Positions 30,270-43,544 of a DNA stretch of 64,000 nucleotides are shown here, in pieces. The notes beneath the pieces are model-generated. The model ran no database searches and was not told the DNA's origin. It saw only the letters and a program-made list of their open reading frames with translations. This DNA comes from Eledone cirrhosa (Eukaryota): contig CAXHJY010000006.1 in NCBI GenBank assembly GCA_964016885.1, positions 32,061-96,060 of the forward strand, in the 5' to 3' direction. Position 1 is the stretch's first letter, and every line of letters begins with the position of its first letter. Both the position numbers and the translations under genes were made by a program.

Positions 30270-30902
30270 AGTAAATTCAAAGTAAATATATTTTGTTAAA
30301 TAAGTAATTCCCATTATCATTAATGTCACCAATGCTTACAGTCCTGCGGCTATCTGAGGAGAGATTCTGTCCTGTTTTTGTTATTCTAGTCCTTGTCTTT
30401 GTTATTGTAATTCTGTTGTTGATTTTATATTATTATTACTATTATTATTATCTTTGTTTTTGAGTCTTTCCATACGCTTCACATCGCTCCTGTAAGTTTG
30501 TTAAAAAGTATTGAAATTTTGTTACCGTTTCATAAATAAACTAACCAGGACATTAGGAAGCTGATTAGTTTATCTCCATCTGTAGTCCTTAGTCTAAACC
30601 GGGGCTTGTTTATCAAACACGCCCCTCAATTTTTGTTATAAAAAAAAGGAAGATGGTGGACAAGGAATGCATGTCTGCTGAAAAGAAGTGCCAGTCTTCC
30701 GCAGAATGGAACGACAAAATTATAAAAATCAGTGAGAACAGCAACAGTAGTAACAACAAATATAACAGAAGCAAAAAAAAATAACATTAACACACACAAG
30801 GACAACAAAAATGGCAACAACAGTAACATAAACAACAAGAGCAACAACATGAATAAAACTTTCTGTTGGTTTTGTGCCTAAATCAGAAACCAATATAAAC
30901 CA

Positions 30903-31830
30903 AGGCGGTGGATTGGCAATATCGGTTGAGCGTCGGACAACATGCTTCGTGGCATATTGTTACGACCTTTGACATTCTTAGTTTAAATCCCAGCGAGGGT
31001 AGCTTTGCCTTTCATCTTTGCGGAATCGATAAAATAAAGTAGCAGCAACGAACTGGGATTTAAAAGTAAAAACATTTATCGGTGGATTGGCAGTATCGGA
31101 AGAGGGTCGGACGCCATGCTTTCCAGCATAGTTACGTCCCTTTACGATCTGAGTTCAAATCCCGCCGAGGTTGACTTTGCCTTTCATCCTTACGGGGTCG
31201 ATAAAATAAAGTACCAGTAATGCACTGGGTAATTGCTGGCCTTGTGCCTAAAGTAGAAACAATTATTTTTATCCCGCCGAGGTTAACTTTGCCTTTCATC
31301 CTTACGGGGTCGATAAAAAAAAGTACCAGTAATGCACTGAGATAATTGCTGGCCTTGTGCCAAAAGTAGAAACAATTATTTATTAAAATATAAGAGTGGT
31401 AGATTGGTAGCATCGGTAGAGCCCCGGGCGAAATGCTTCGTGGCCTAGAGTTACGGCCCTTTACGATCTGAGTTCAAATGCCGCCGAGGTTAACTTTGCC
31501 TTTCGTCCTTACAGGGTCGATAAAATAATGCACTGGGGTCGATTTCATTGACTTCCCCCTCCACAAAAATCGTTGGCCTTGTGCCTAAATCAGAAATCAT
31601 TATTTATTGGTGGATTGGCAGTATCATTATTTATTGGTGGATTGGCAGCATAGTTACGTCCCTTTACGGTCTGAGTTCAAATCCCGCCGAGGTTAACTTT
31701 GCCTTTCATCCTTACGGGGTCGATAAAATAAAGCACCAGTAATGTACTGGCTAATTGCTGACCTTGTGCCAAAAGTAGAAACAATTATTTATTAAAATAT
31801 ATTATTTGTCAAGTATTGCTGGCCTTGAGG
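30903..31830 (+). mobile_element. Tandem cluster of about five SINE family B units
   Basis: Repeated GGTGGATTGGCAGTATC head, CTGAGTTCAAATCCCGCCGAGG B box, GCCTTTCATCCTTACGGGGTCGATAAAATAAAG core. Confidence 0.88.
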
Positions 31831-32263
31831 ATAAATTAGATATTATTGTTGTTGTTAAGACTAATGGTGTTAGCGGACTTTTCTCCGTATATTTTGTTTC
31901 AATTAAAGAGTTTGAACATATAGCCGAAGGGAGAATTGTATGGCGTGAACATACAATCCAACGAAATTAAAAAGTTACAGAAGTTTATCTCTTTTTTTCT
32001 CGGTGAATGGCTGCAGAGATGTTTTAAAGCAGTAACTATTTAGCTATACTATATACAAATATTCTTTTAAAAGTGTGTGTGTGTGTTATAGGTAACAAGA
32101 AATTAGTACCATGGAAATATCATGAAGACAAAATAAGTTAAAAGTGATTGCTATTAGGCTAATGCTCAGAGAAATGAAAATGTTTTATTACATTTTGGCT
32201 AAAGCTCCTTCATCGGGAAATAGAGGGATAGAAAAAGAAAAAAAAAAAAAAGAATTATATATA

Positions 32264-32756
32264 CAGTGAGTACCCCACCTTACAAACATCCTGCTTCCGA
32301 ACTTTCGCAAATACGGATAGTCTCACGAAGAAAAAAATATTTTATGAGCTCTTTCGGGCTCTGGGTTCCTTCTTATGCAGCTTAAAAAAGAGTTCCATCT
32401 GTTGCAGCAGAAAAACAAACCGAAATCGTACCTAAGGTGTGGGTTACCATTCTGCTTTCGCAGAATTGAAAAAGTACTTTTTTTCTTTAACAATTTATTG
32501 TCATTGGATTTACAGTATTTAAATTCATTATTACATGTTATATATACTACTCTGTACTGTATATATGCCTCTATATTACATGTTATATACACTTCTATAT
32601 ACTGTATATATATATCACTCATATGGAAACCTGCAGTATCAATGTAACATATATAAGCTTACTGGTACGTACTGTGTTAGGCGATGAACTTACGAACAAA
32701 TCAACTAACGAATGGCCTCTTGGAACGTAACTCGTTCGTAAGTTGTGTATTTACTG
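32264..32756. mobile_element. Tigger/pogo-like non-autonomous DNA transposon remnant
   Basis: TA-CAGTGAGTACCCCACCTTACAAAC left end and GTTCGTAAGTTGTGTATTTACTG right end, with subterminal ACTTACGAAC motifs. Confidence 0.55.
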
Positions 32757-32765
32757 GATATGTGA

Positions 32766-32799
<34 letters not shown>

Positions 32800-33399
32800 A
32801 CAACGGGATCCCACTCACAAGGCATTGGTTAACCCGATGCTATATAGAAGACAGTTGCATAAAGTGCTCCGCAATGAGATGGTATCCGAAAAAGCGTGGT
32901 TGAGAAATGAATTCCTTAACCACACGGCCACGAATGTGCCTTTGGGACGTTTCCTTGAATTTCTCACAACATTCATGTATATATATATACATCCTGTGAA
33001 CGCAAACATAGCTGAATGATGTCTCCAGTTCGATCCTACTGCGTGGCATCTTTATTAAATGTCTTTACCTTATCCTCGGGTTTGCCCAATCCTTGTGGGT
33101 GAAATTCCCTAGATGGAAAACGTTTAAAAGGCCGTCAAATTGTATCTGAAATCCAAATGACCAGTCTTGTCTCACAGTGATTCTGCCTAAAATGTTCATT
33201 ACTGGTGCACCTGTCTGTGGAATACTCAACCATTTTGACGTTGATTCATGAGTTGAACGACTTAACTCTTATAGTCGAAACTGACGGAGGATTCATCATT
33301 TCTACATTCGTAGCATATACCTATCAATGCTTAATGCAATCGTAGAATCTTGTAACTTTGAATGTCTTGTATTTGGATGTAATGACTTCAGTTATAGTG

Positions 33400-33666
33400 T
33401 TATTGCCATGGAATTTACGTTTACTACATTGACTATAGCGACTAAGATCTTAGTGCTGTGGCCACTACTACACTTGGCTGTAGTGACTATGGTCTTAGTA
33501 CAGTGGCCATTACTCTTAGCTGTAGGGACTGCGTTCATAATGTTGTGGCCATGGAGTATACGTTTACTACACTTGACGATAGTGACTGCGGTCTTAGTGC
33601 TGTGGCCACTACACTTGTCTGTAGTGACTAGTCATAGGATTGTGACCATGAAGTTTACGTTTACTA
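33400..33666. repeat. Degenerate minisatellite, about 40-bp unit
   Basis: Repeated CTACACTTG.CTGTAGTGACT..GGTCTTAGTGCTGTGGCCA. Confidence 0.8.
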
Positions 33667-34269
33667 CTCTCCTTTCATTCAATACCTTCAGCATTCACTA
33701 TGTAAGTCTCGCAATTAGTAAGTAGTGAAGTCATCTCCAGCTGACAGATGAAAGAAACATTTTTATTAAAAAATTTTTGTTCGCATCTCATGAAGGTTTT
33801 AAATATGATAAAAGCATTATACATGTGTAGTTTCGTCCGAGCGAAAGATCAAAATGTATATTATGATTGATTACATGTAACCAGAGTGAAGTGAATACAT
33901 ACGCAGCCTAGCATGAGATCATATCAATCACATTTGGTTGAGAGCTTTAAAATTAATACTAAGAAAATCTAAATAAATAGTTATGCTTCGATCTGTCAGC
34001 TAAGGTGTGTGTATTTAAATGTAGTTATTTGATTATGGGAAGAAAAGGTATTCCAAGATAAGCTCTTCTCAAATCTTTCGAGTTTTGCCGCCAGTGAAAT
34101 ATTTTATATATCTACAATATTTTGAGAAATTCTTTTAAAAAGCGACATCTACTTGTACATATGATTTAATCCCCTGATATTAGGAAAACAGTGTCAGTCA
34201 TAAGACGCACAAAAGGTTAAATACATTTTTTTAATTTAAAAATTTAGTTGAATATTATTGCATCAATGA

Positions 34270-34393
34270 CCCTTTACGTTCTGAGTTCAAATCCCGCCTA
34301 GGTATCTTTGCCTTTCATCCTTATGGGGTCGATAAGATAAAGCACCAGTAATGTACTGGGTAATTGCTGGCCTTGTGCCAAAAGTAGAAACAA
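34270..34393 (+). mobile_element. SINE family B, 5'-truncated
   Basis: CTGAGTTCAAATCCCGCC...GCCTTTCATCCTTATGGGGTCGATAAG...GGCCTTGTGCCAAAAGTAGAAACAA. Confidence 0.85.
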
Positions 34394-34483
34394 GTTTTGC
34401 ATCAATCTATGTATAATACACAACAAAAGTATTCAGGTAATTTCACTACAAAATCAGGAATTAGCTTTATATCCGTCTAGAGT

Positions 34484-34662
34484 TTTATAAAGTAACATAA
34501 TTGTTTCTACTTTAGGCACAAGGCCAGCAATTACCCAGTGCATTACTGGTACTTTATTTTATCGACCCCGTAAGGATGAAAGGCAAAGTTAACCTCGGCG
34601 GGTTAACTTTGCCTTTCATCCTTACGGGGTCGATAAAATAAAGGTTTATAAAGTAACATAAT
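34484..34662 (-). mobile_element. SINE family B insertion with 5' fold-back duplication and 18-bp TSD
   Basis: TTTATAAAGTAACATAAT at 34484-34501 and 34645-34662; 34552-34594 and 34601-34643 are perfect inverted copies. Confidence 0.85.
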
Positions 34663-35010
34663 GGAGGTCGATTTAGTTAACAATAGTCCTTCCTTATTAA
34701 TAACTGCTAATGCAAGAATTCATCATCATCATCATCATTATCATCATCATCACTATCATCTTCTTCACCATCATTATCATCTCCCTCTACTCTATCTTGC
34801 TCGAATTTGTTGGATTCGATCTTGTCATTAGTCTCAATCCTGTATAGCATTCAGGAGGTCAGTAAGGCAAGATCACGTGTCCCCACATTGCTGCTCGATT
34901 AGGAGTTTTACTGAGTGGCCAACCCATAGGAGTATATGGCTTCAATAGGAGTATATCGCCGATGTCTTCTTGTTTAGCTCCCTACCCACCCTCTCTCTCT
35001 CGCTCTCTCT

Positions 35011-35280
35011 ATAATCTTTAGGTTGTGAGTTCGATTCCCGGCAGCAAAACATTTTATTTCCCGTTGTTCTAGTCTACTCAGCTGGCAAAAATGAGTTGTA
35101 CCTGTAGTTCGAATGGCCAGTCTTGTCATATTCTGTATCACGCTGAATCTCCCTGAGAATTACGTTAATGGCACACGTGTCTGTGGAATGCTCAGCCATT
35201 TGCACGTTAATTTCATGAGCAGGCTGTTCCGTTGATCGGATCAACTGGAACACTCATCGTCGTAACCAACGGAGTGCCAC
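35011..35280 (+). mobile_element. Headless SINE family A (body and tail)
   Basis: Starts abruptly at ATAATCTTTAGGTTGTGAGTTCGATTCCC; full tail to CGTAACCAACGGAGTGCCA. Confidence 0.85.
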
Positions 35281-35827
35281 AGAGTGTATCACAGAATGTA
35301 TTGTAATAACTATTATAGCTATGACTTAGTAGTTAGACCGTTGTGAGTTCGATTTTCGCACCGGCAGCGTTGTGTCCTTGAGCAAGACACTTTATTTTAC
35401 GTGGCTCCAGTTTACTTTTTACTCAGCTTTGGAACTGCCATGTTGTATCGGACATTGCCTTTCCCTTGGACAACATCGGTGGCAAGAAGAATGGGGACTG
35501 CTATACATGGTCTTCCACAAACAACCTTACCCGGACTTGTGCCTCAGAGGGGAACTTACTAGGTACAAATCCCATGGTCATTCCTGATCGAAGAGGGTCT
35601 TTTACCATAGATATCATAATATGAATCGTAATATGTATCATAGTAGCTAACATAATTATCATCATATTTATAATAGGTATCATAATATCCATCAACAATA
35701 CGCTAGTTGTTTTAGTAATGTAATAGTGTTGTTCTGATGATACTCTCGAGCGGAACGGAAGTGAATTAAATCAGTTTATGTACGAAAACAGTCGATATAG
35801 AAATGTTATATTTAGAGCCATATTTTT

Positions 35828-36280
35828 GAAAGCGCGTGGCTTAGTGGTTAGAGAGTTGGATTCGCAATCGTGAGGCGGTGAGTTCAATTCTAGGACCGGG
35901 TGATGTGTTGCTCCTTCTGCAAAGGAGTTGTGACCGGTAGATAGTATCAGCAATGGAAACAAAAGTTTCCTCGGTTTCCTCGGCAAGCGAACGAAGTTTG
36001 GGATGTCGATCGATCAGAGCGATATTTAGAGTGGAAAGGGAATGGCATACTGGTTATGTCTTTGGTCTCATGATCATAAGGTCGTGATTTCGATTTTTGT
36101 ATTGATCGATGCGTTGTGTTCTTGAGCAAGACACTTTGTTTTACGTTGCTGAAGTCTACTCAGCAGGGAAAATGAGTTATATCAGTAATCTATAGGATCA
36201 GAGTTGACATATTCTGTCACGCTGAATTCCTCTGAGAATTACATTAATGATACACGTGTTTGTGGAAGGCTCAGCCATCC
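35828..36280 (+). mobile_element. Two adjacent CORE-type SINEs
   Basis: GCGCGTGGCTTAGTGGTTAGAG head with the tail type of 54112-54585, then TTGTGTTCTTGAGCAAGACACT with a family A tail. Confidence 0.75.
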
Positions 36281-36388
36281 GACGGACTTCGAAACAGTTT
36301 CTGTCTATCCAATTTCACAGAACTTGGGTTGACCCGAGGCTATGGTAAATAATACTTATAATTCTATGCGAGATTCTTAACCGTCCGG

Positions 36389-36425
<37 letters not shown>

Positions 36426-36879
36426 AATGTATAAAATCAATACAATATTATTACCTCATTACCAGAGGTTTCCCGAATGAGGCGAATACGAAATAAACGA
36501 CTTCATTCGTTCGTCAGACGAGGCAATATAAAACATGGGCAAATACTTAGAAAAACACATCAAGAAAATCAAAAAAATATATAGATAAATGAAATAGAAA
36601 CTGAAATATATAAAAATCTATCAAGAAAAATAGTTAGATGTGTGTATGTGTATGTATATACGCTCATAGATGTGCATATATGTATATGTGTACGTGTAAA
36701 TGTATGGTTAGAAAGTGTGCGTAATTATAAAAATAAAAATAAAAGTGTAGGGCAAATGTATCTATATGTCTGTATTATGCAGACGGAAATGGTTACTTCG
36801 GCCAAGCTAACGAATGCAGTTTCGGTGTGCAGCTAAGCACTCGATAGGGTATATAACCCTAGAGTTATAATATTACGTG

Positions 36880-36977
36880 TAGAACAACGGGAAATAAAGT
36901 GTTTTGCTGCCGGGAATCGAACTCACAACCTAAAGATTATAAGCCGAATACCCTAACCACAAAGCCACGTGCCTTCA
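36880..36977 (-). mobile_element. Tailless SINE family A (head and body)
   Basis: Minus strand GAAGGCACGTGGCTTTGTGGTTAGGGTATTCGGCTTATAATCTTTAGGTTGTGAGTTCGATTCCC...; stops at GTTGTTCTA. Confidence 0.85.
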
Positions 36978-37566
36978 TATGATACATAGTACATATTACG
37001 ATACATATGATATATATTATGATATAAATATTACGATACATATGATACTTATTGTGATACATATGATATATATTATGATACATATTATGATATATATAAT
37101 ACATATGATACATATTGTGATATATATTATGATACATATTATGATACATATGATATATATTATGATACATATTATGATACATATTATGATACATATGATA
37201 TATATTATGATACATATTATGATACATATGATATATATTATGATACATATTATGATACATATGATATATATTATGATACATATTATGATACATATTATGA
37301 TACATATTATAATACATATGATATATATTATTATACATATTATAATACATATGATATATATTATAATACATATGATATATATTATGATACATATTATGAT
37401 ACATATGATATATATTATGATACATATGATATATATTATGATATATATTATGATACATATAATACATATTATGATACATATAATACATATTATGATACAT
37501 ATATTATATATGATATATATTATGATGTATATTATGATACATATTATGATACATATTATGATATGT
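36978..37566. repeat. Minisatellite of 9- and 12-bp units (ATGATACAT / ATGATA(C/T)ATATT)
   Basis: Direct reading; source of the YHNM/IMIH ORFs. Confidence 0.95.
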
Positions 37567-38485
37567 ATTACTATATTTGTCGTAAGTTTTTTGTTTCGTT
37601 TTCGCATTTGTATTTACACTAATGCGACTATCATATTCCTTTGTAGTTTTCTTTTGGTGTATGCATGTGTCTGTCTGTGTTTGTGTGAGTATGTATGTCT
37701 GCGTGTGTCTGTGCATTTGTTTGTAAGTGTGTCTGTTTGTGCGTGCGTGTTTCTGTGTCTTTGCTTTTATGTAAGCTCGAGTGTACGCATGTATGTATGT
37801 GAGTGTATATGTGCGTCTGTATGTGTGTGAGTGTATATGTGCGCTTGTATGTGCGTCTGTATGTGTGTCAGTGTTGTGTGTCAGTATGATAAGCTGTCTA
37901 GTTCATTAATTCCTATATATTATTTCTAAGCTTATGTCTATTCTAATTCTTTTATCTATGTTTCTCTCTCTAACATGGGTACAATATTTCTGTATTATTA
38001 TATAATAAACTGAATTTTATGCTAATTACAATTGCTCTTCTGAGTTTGTAAACAGAATTCTTTCATTCTTTTACTGGTTTCAGTCATTAGACTGCGGCCA
38101 TGTTGGAGCACTGCCTATATTTAGTCTACCACATCGCCCACAATACTTCATAACATCGTGAGTTCGATTCCCGGTGGTGCATTGTGTCATTGAGTAAGAC
38201 ACTTTCTTTCATATTTTCCCAGTTCACTCAGTTTGAAAACATTAGTTTTACCTGTAATTCAAAGCGTCGGCTTTGTTATACACTGTATCGCTCTGAATCT
38301 CGCTGAGAACTGTTGAAACACTCATCGTCAATACCAACGTAGGTCCAGTACACACACACACGCACACGCACACACACACACACAAGCAAACAAATAGAGG
38401 GAAGTAAGGGTTGTAACAAAAAAATTATGAAATATTTACTGCAGTAGTTAAAACAAATCTAGTTAAAAGTAAGAAAAACTAATAC

Positions 38486-38545
38486 AGCCAGAAGACATGA
38501 TAAACATCATAATGCTGTTTTCTGTCTTCAAGCAAGATAAGAAAC
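38486..38545 (-). CDS. Possible 60-nt symmetric exon ((R)FLILLEDRKQHYDVYHVFW(L))
   Basis: Strong acceptor TTTTCTCAATCTCTGTTTAG, open frame, but weak donor GTATTA; no recognised homologue. Confidence 0.2.
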
Positions 38546-38622
38546 CTAAACAGAGATTGAGAAAACAGACAACTGAGAGATGAAGGAGAGTGAAAAAAGA
38601 CAACAAAGGACACTATTTCCTC

Positions 38623-38930
38623 CTTCTTCTTCTTCTTCTTCTTCTTCTTCTTCTTCTTCTTCTTCTTCTTCTTCTTCTTCTTCTTCTTCTTCTTCTTCTT
38701 CTTCTTCTTCTTCTTCTTCTTCTTCTTCTTCTTCTTCTTCTTCTTCTTCTTCCACGTATTCCCGAGAGGATCGTGGGGACAGGAGTCCTCAGACATTCCT
38801 TCCAGAGACTCCCATCGATAGCAACCGTCTCTAAATGATCTAGATCGATCCCCATGCAAGACTAACCACAGTTATGAGTGTTATCCAGCCATCTTGCTCG
38901 TTGCCTAACTCTAGTTCTCCTGCCAATTGG
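38623..38930 (-). mobile_element. Expander/Rex3-like RTE 3' end with expanded (GAA)n tail
   Basis: Homologous to 52184-52372 and 55340-55545; followed on the minus strand by about 130 bp of pure (GAA)n at 38623-38752. Confidence 0.85.
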
Positions 38931-40064
38931 GTTTACATGTAAAATCTAACACTATTTTAAAATGCTAAACATAAAACAACAGAAATGGCATCCTGGAAAG
39001 GAAACCCTCCATATCCAATAGCCGACACAACTGAACGGAAAAGAAAGCTCCCTTTGATCGCATCTGACCATGGGTTTGCAAATAGGAAGTTTTTCTCCGA
39101 AGTACAATTTTCACAAGTTACTTTATGTAGAAGAGCAACAGTCCCCCAGTGCATACAGATCATTCCTGTCTACACCACCGATGTTGTCCAAATGCCAATA
39201 ACGTTTGACACCAGTGTCGTCACAACTCATTTTTCTAGCTGAGTGGGCGGGAGTAACGTCAAATAAAGTCATTTTGCTTAAGGACACAATATATTTCCCG
39301 ATCGAAGAATAAAACTCACGACCTTAAAATCGTATGTCGAACACTGTAACCACTAAATCACGTGTCTTCACACTAAAGAGAGCAGAAATAGTTACTTCTT
39401 TTGATACCAACCCACCTTAAACCGCCTCTGTATTTTTGTTTATCCAAAATTTCTCGGTTTAAAATGTTCATATTTGAATTAAAATCTTCCATTCTCGTTT
39501 TATATAAGAACCTTTTGTTAACTAAGTAATGTTCCAAATATCAGCTTAATAATGAAAGAATCAATCTATTCAAAGACATTGGCAGTGTATTTCATTAGAA
39601 ATATAGTAAAAGTGAGTTAAAAGAATATCCTTCTCCAGTACATCGAGGAGAATCACAGGACTCAAAGCTGAGATAGAATAAGGATGTCTTTATCAAGTGA
39701 GATCTACAACAATGTATATAATGAAGCTAATCAGAACACAAAAAATAACTGTAACATATTAGGAGGCTGTAGAGAAAGAATTACATTGTACCTGCCTGCA
39801 CAATCCTATACATAAAGATTCAATTGTTACGAAAGAATTATTATTGATGAAGAAAGAGTTAATATAAAGGTAACAATACAGTTTGTCTCCTACTAAAAGA
39901 CGGTTTTAATAAATAAACTTTGTGAGAGGACTAGAGAAGACTAAATGATTTACTGGGGGAAGTAAGCAAAAGTCGTCTGAAAGGCTATTAACAAAAAGAA
40001 AACACCACAATCCTCAAACTGGAGAAACATCAAATCACTTAAACCAAATATTCATAATATTACT

Positions 40065-40150
40065 CAGTGTTTTCCAGACTATGCACCGTGGCCCACAAAT
40101 TCCGCCGCCACACTGGTGTGCCCAGAGATGTTATGAGGTGTACCGCAAAA
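40065..40150 (+). mobile_element. hAT (Charlie-like) terminal remnant
   Basis: CAGTGTTTTCCAGACT terminus followed by GCACCGTGGCCCAC / CACACTGGTGTGCC subterminal motifs. Confidence 0.5.
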
Positions 40151-40675
40151 GAGCAAGATTCTATTTCAAAACGTGAAAAATATAAATTTAAATTCGTAAT
40201 AAAATTCATATATGACTGTCAAAATGGAAACAGCTTAACTAAAAACAGACAAAAAACAAGTACAGGTTTCTCATTGATAACTTTACTCCATTTATAGAAG
40301 GAAGAACAAATATTTTCTCTGTAATTTTAATTATCTATATTTCTACTTTATGCTATGTTAATATGTATAAATAAATAACTCATTTCAATAAATATTCGAA
40401 TCCAGGTACAAAGAACGCCAAAATATTTTTTTATTTATTTTAAAGTGAGTAAAATCTAAGTTGAGAAAGGGCTGCCATAATCTGGCATCAATCTTATCTC
40501 AAAAGATAACTGCTCACCTGAAAGAACAAAACAATATAATGTCAGTATAAATGTCTCTAAGGCTTATATTGATGTAAAGATCAGTTACTAATCGATAAAG
40601 ATTTAGCTGCAAACTTTAAGATGAAAAAAAACTGTGTAGCAATGACATGTGTTGATTAACAGAAGTCTTTCCAGA

Positions 40676-41165
40676 ATGTTCTACCCCGTCTATAGCTTCT
40701 GAATATAATATAACCCTGGGTACGTCACTACCTATAGTAGCCAGTGTTCTATTCCATCTATAGATTCCTATAGTAGCCAGTCTTTTATGCCGTCTATAGA
40801 TTCTGAATATAATATAACACTGGGTACTCACTACCAATAGTAGCTAGTTTTCTACCCCATCTATAGATTCTAAATATACTATAACCCTGGGTATGTCACT
40901 ACCAATAGTAGCTAGTGTTCTATCCCGTCTATAGATTCTGAATACAATATAACACAGGATATGGCACTACCAATAGTAGCTAGTGTTCTATCCCGTCTAT
41001 AGATTCTGAATATAATATAACACAGGATATGTCACTACCAATAGTAGCTAGTGTTCTATCCCGTCTATAGATTCTGAATATAATATAACACTGGGTATGT
41101 CACTACTAATACCTAGTAGCTAGTGTTTTATCCTGTCTATAGATTCTGGAGATAATATAACCTTG
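40676..41165. repeat. 68-bp minisatellite, about 7 copies
   Basis: CTATCCCGTCTATAGATTCTGAATATAATATAACAC...CACTACCAATAGTAGCTAGTGTT, units starting at 40920, 40988 and 41056. Confidence 0.93.
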
Positions 41166-43260
41166 AGTAAGTTAGTACTAATTTTAGGCAAATATAGACT
41201 TGCAGATAATCATAAATCAATGGACCATGAAGTGTACAACGCACGCAAATGAAAGAAATGGTTCGAAAACATTATAGTTATGTTAGCTTACTACTTAGAA
41301 CTGACATAAATGCAAAATAATAAATATAAATAAACATTCTAACTGCTACAGTGATGAGATGATATTTTCAACTGAGAGCTAACTGAAATAGCAACAAAAC
41401 GAGGAATATAATGGTTTCTTATTTAGAGAGAGAGAGGAAAGCCGATCACATCGATCTCAGTACTTCACTGGTACTTTGTTGTATCGACCCTGGAAGAATG
41501 AAAGGCAATGTTAGTGATAGCGGGATCTGAATTTAGAAGCCAGAGATCCGGAACAAATATCCAACGGTGGATTTGACTCTGCCAAACAGACTGTTTGGCT
41601 AGACCCAGAATTGGGATAATGAGAGGAGAGAAGAATATTTACATCTAGTCGTCCGAGTAGAGATGGTGGAAGAAAGAGGGAGAAAAACAGCAAAACTATG
41701 AGAGAGTGGGAGCCATTTTATCTAACAATTCAGCAACAAACCTAAAAATGGAACATTTTTCTCCTCTTATGAATTAAATATAATTTATATTATATTTGTA
41801 AGATGGGGCTTATGTTAAATAACTTCAGAAAAGCACAGCACTAATCTAACCCTATTTGTTACCATTGAATTATTTAGCAATCATTTGCCTTAACTACACG
41901 ATAGGTATGTTATCTCAAATAGAGTGTATTAAAAATATAATTCAATGAAAGTAGTAATGTAGTTTGAGATGTTGGTATTATCTGTGCGTGGGTTTCTATT
42001 AAAGCGGCATTTTCTTTTCCTTCAGAACGTTGAAATAAATACCAGCATCATTTGGCTCTGTAATTTGCATTAAACTTCTTTAAAAAGAAAAAGAGAAAGA
42101 AGTAGAAACTTATTTTAATAGTGACTCGTTGAAAAGAGTTCAGCCAATAAAGAGATGCTAGGTTGGTATATAATGGAGGAAAAGAATTGTTGAGGAAAAG
42201 TAAAAGAAGATGAAGAAAAAAAAAAAGGAAAGCAAACAAAAGCATAAAATTATTTAGAAATTTAAAAAAGAAGCAACAAAAACATGGTTGTGTAGAGAAG
42301 AGAAGATAGTGGTGGTGTATGGTTGTGGTGAGTAGTGGTATGCGTAGTGGATGGTGATGGGGTGTAGCTATGGGGGAACGGTAATGTAAGTGGAACATTG
42401 CAAATTGTGGAAAATTTCGAAATAGAAGTAAATGTTTCGAGGTTTCACGAAGAATTGCAAGGATTTAGTGAAGACTGATTCAGATCGATGGGTTAAAAAT
42501 ATATAAAATTTAAAAATATATATATCTAAATTAAATAAAAACATTGTAATGACTGCAGAATATAAATGATGGTTATTGGAAGTTTATAATTTCAAGACTA
42601 ATCAAGAGGATGTGGATATACGAGAAAGATAACGGGGGATGGATGGATAGATAGATAGAAAATAGGTAGGTAGATAGATAGAGAGAGAGAGAGTAGATTG
42701 ATGGATAGACAGATTCGCTAAAAAAAACTTTAAGTTGTAAAACGGTGTTTAAACTACAGTGTAATATTTTGTAGGCAATACAGATGCTCATTTGCATTCG
42801 CAAACAGTTATCAGCGTAAGTGTGAGTGTGTAAATGTGTGTTTATGTGTGTGTATGTATGTATGTATGTATGTATGTATGTATGTATGTATGTATGTATG
42901 TATGTGTGTGTGGACATATTTACATCTATGTGTGAGCCTCTATGTGTTGTGTGAATACATAAATAAATGAATTATATATATATATAGAGAGAGAGAGAGA
43001 GATCAGTGTATTATTGTCGGACGTGAGAGAAAGTACTCAATAATACTGAAGTAGAATTTGTATATTCATTTAATGACTAAGTGATCAGATCAATGAATTG
43101 AAACAGCATGAATAATTATTATTTCTTCATGTTTTTGTTGTTAAATAATAGCTGTCTGATGAGGTCATAACTATTGCATAACAGTTATCATTGTAATATA
43201 CATAACGGTGATTGTATAATGCATAAATGAAGTAAATTCTAACCTGCTGACTTGTACTTC

Positions 43261-43316
<56 letters not shown>

Positions 43317-43544
43317 GTGTGTATGTATGTACGGCGACCCTACAACTCCACCGGAGTTAAGAGGCAATGACATGGCAAATTCTAATGAAGTGGATCTATG
43401 ATCAAAGTTATTCCAGATATAAATAATAACGTCGTTTATTCAAACACCGCATCGAAGGCATTATCCAATGTGTACTACATTTTTAAGTGAGTAGGATGGG
43501 ATTTGAACAAAATGGCTCTGTTTCTAACGAGTTGGTTCGTTAAA

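Noticed and set aside
30342-30491. Segment bounded by splice-like motifs on both strands
   Set aside because: Stops in the frames examined and an internal (TAT)n; likely chance
36937-37830. His/Met/Tyr-rich repeat ORFs (also 57304-58345)
   Set aside because: Minisatellite translations open on several frames and strands
38479-38859. Poly-K/E/R/S/L ORFs
   Set aside because: (GAA)n tail of an RTE fragment
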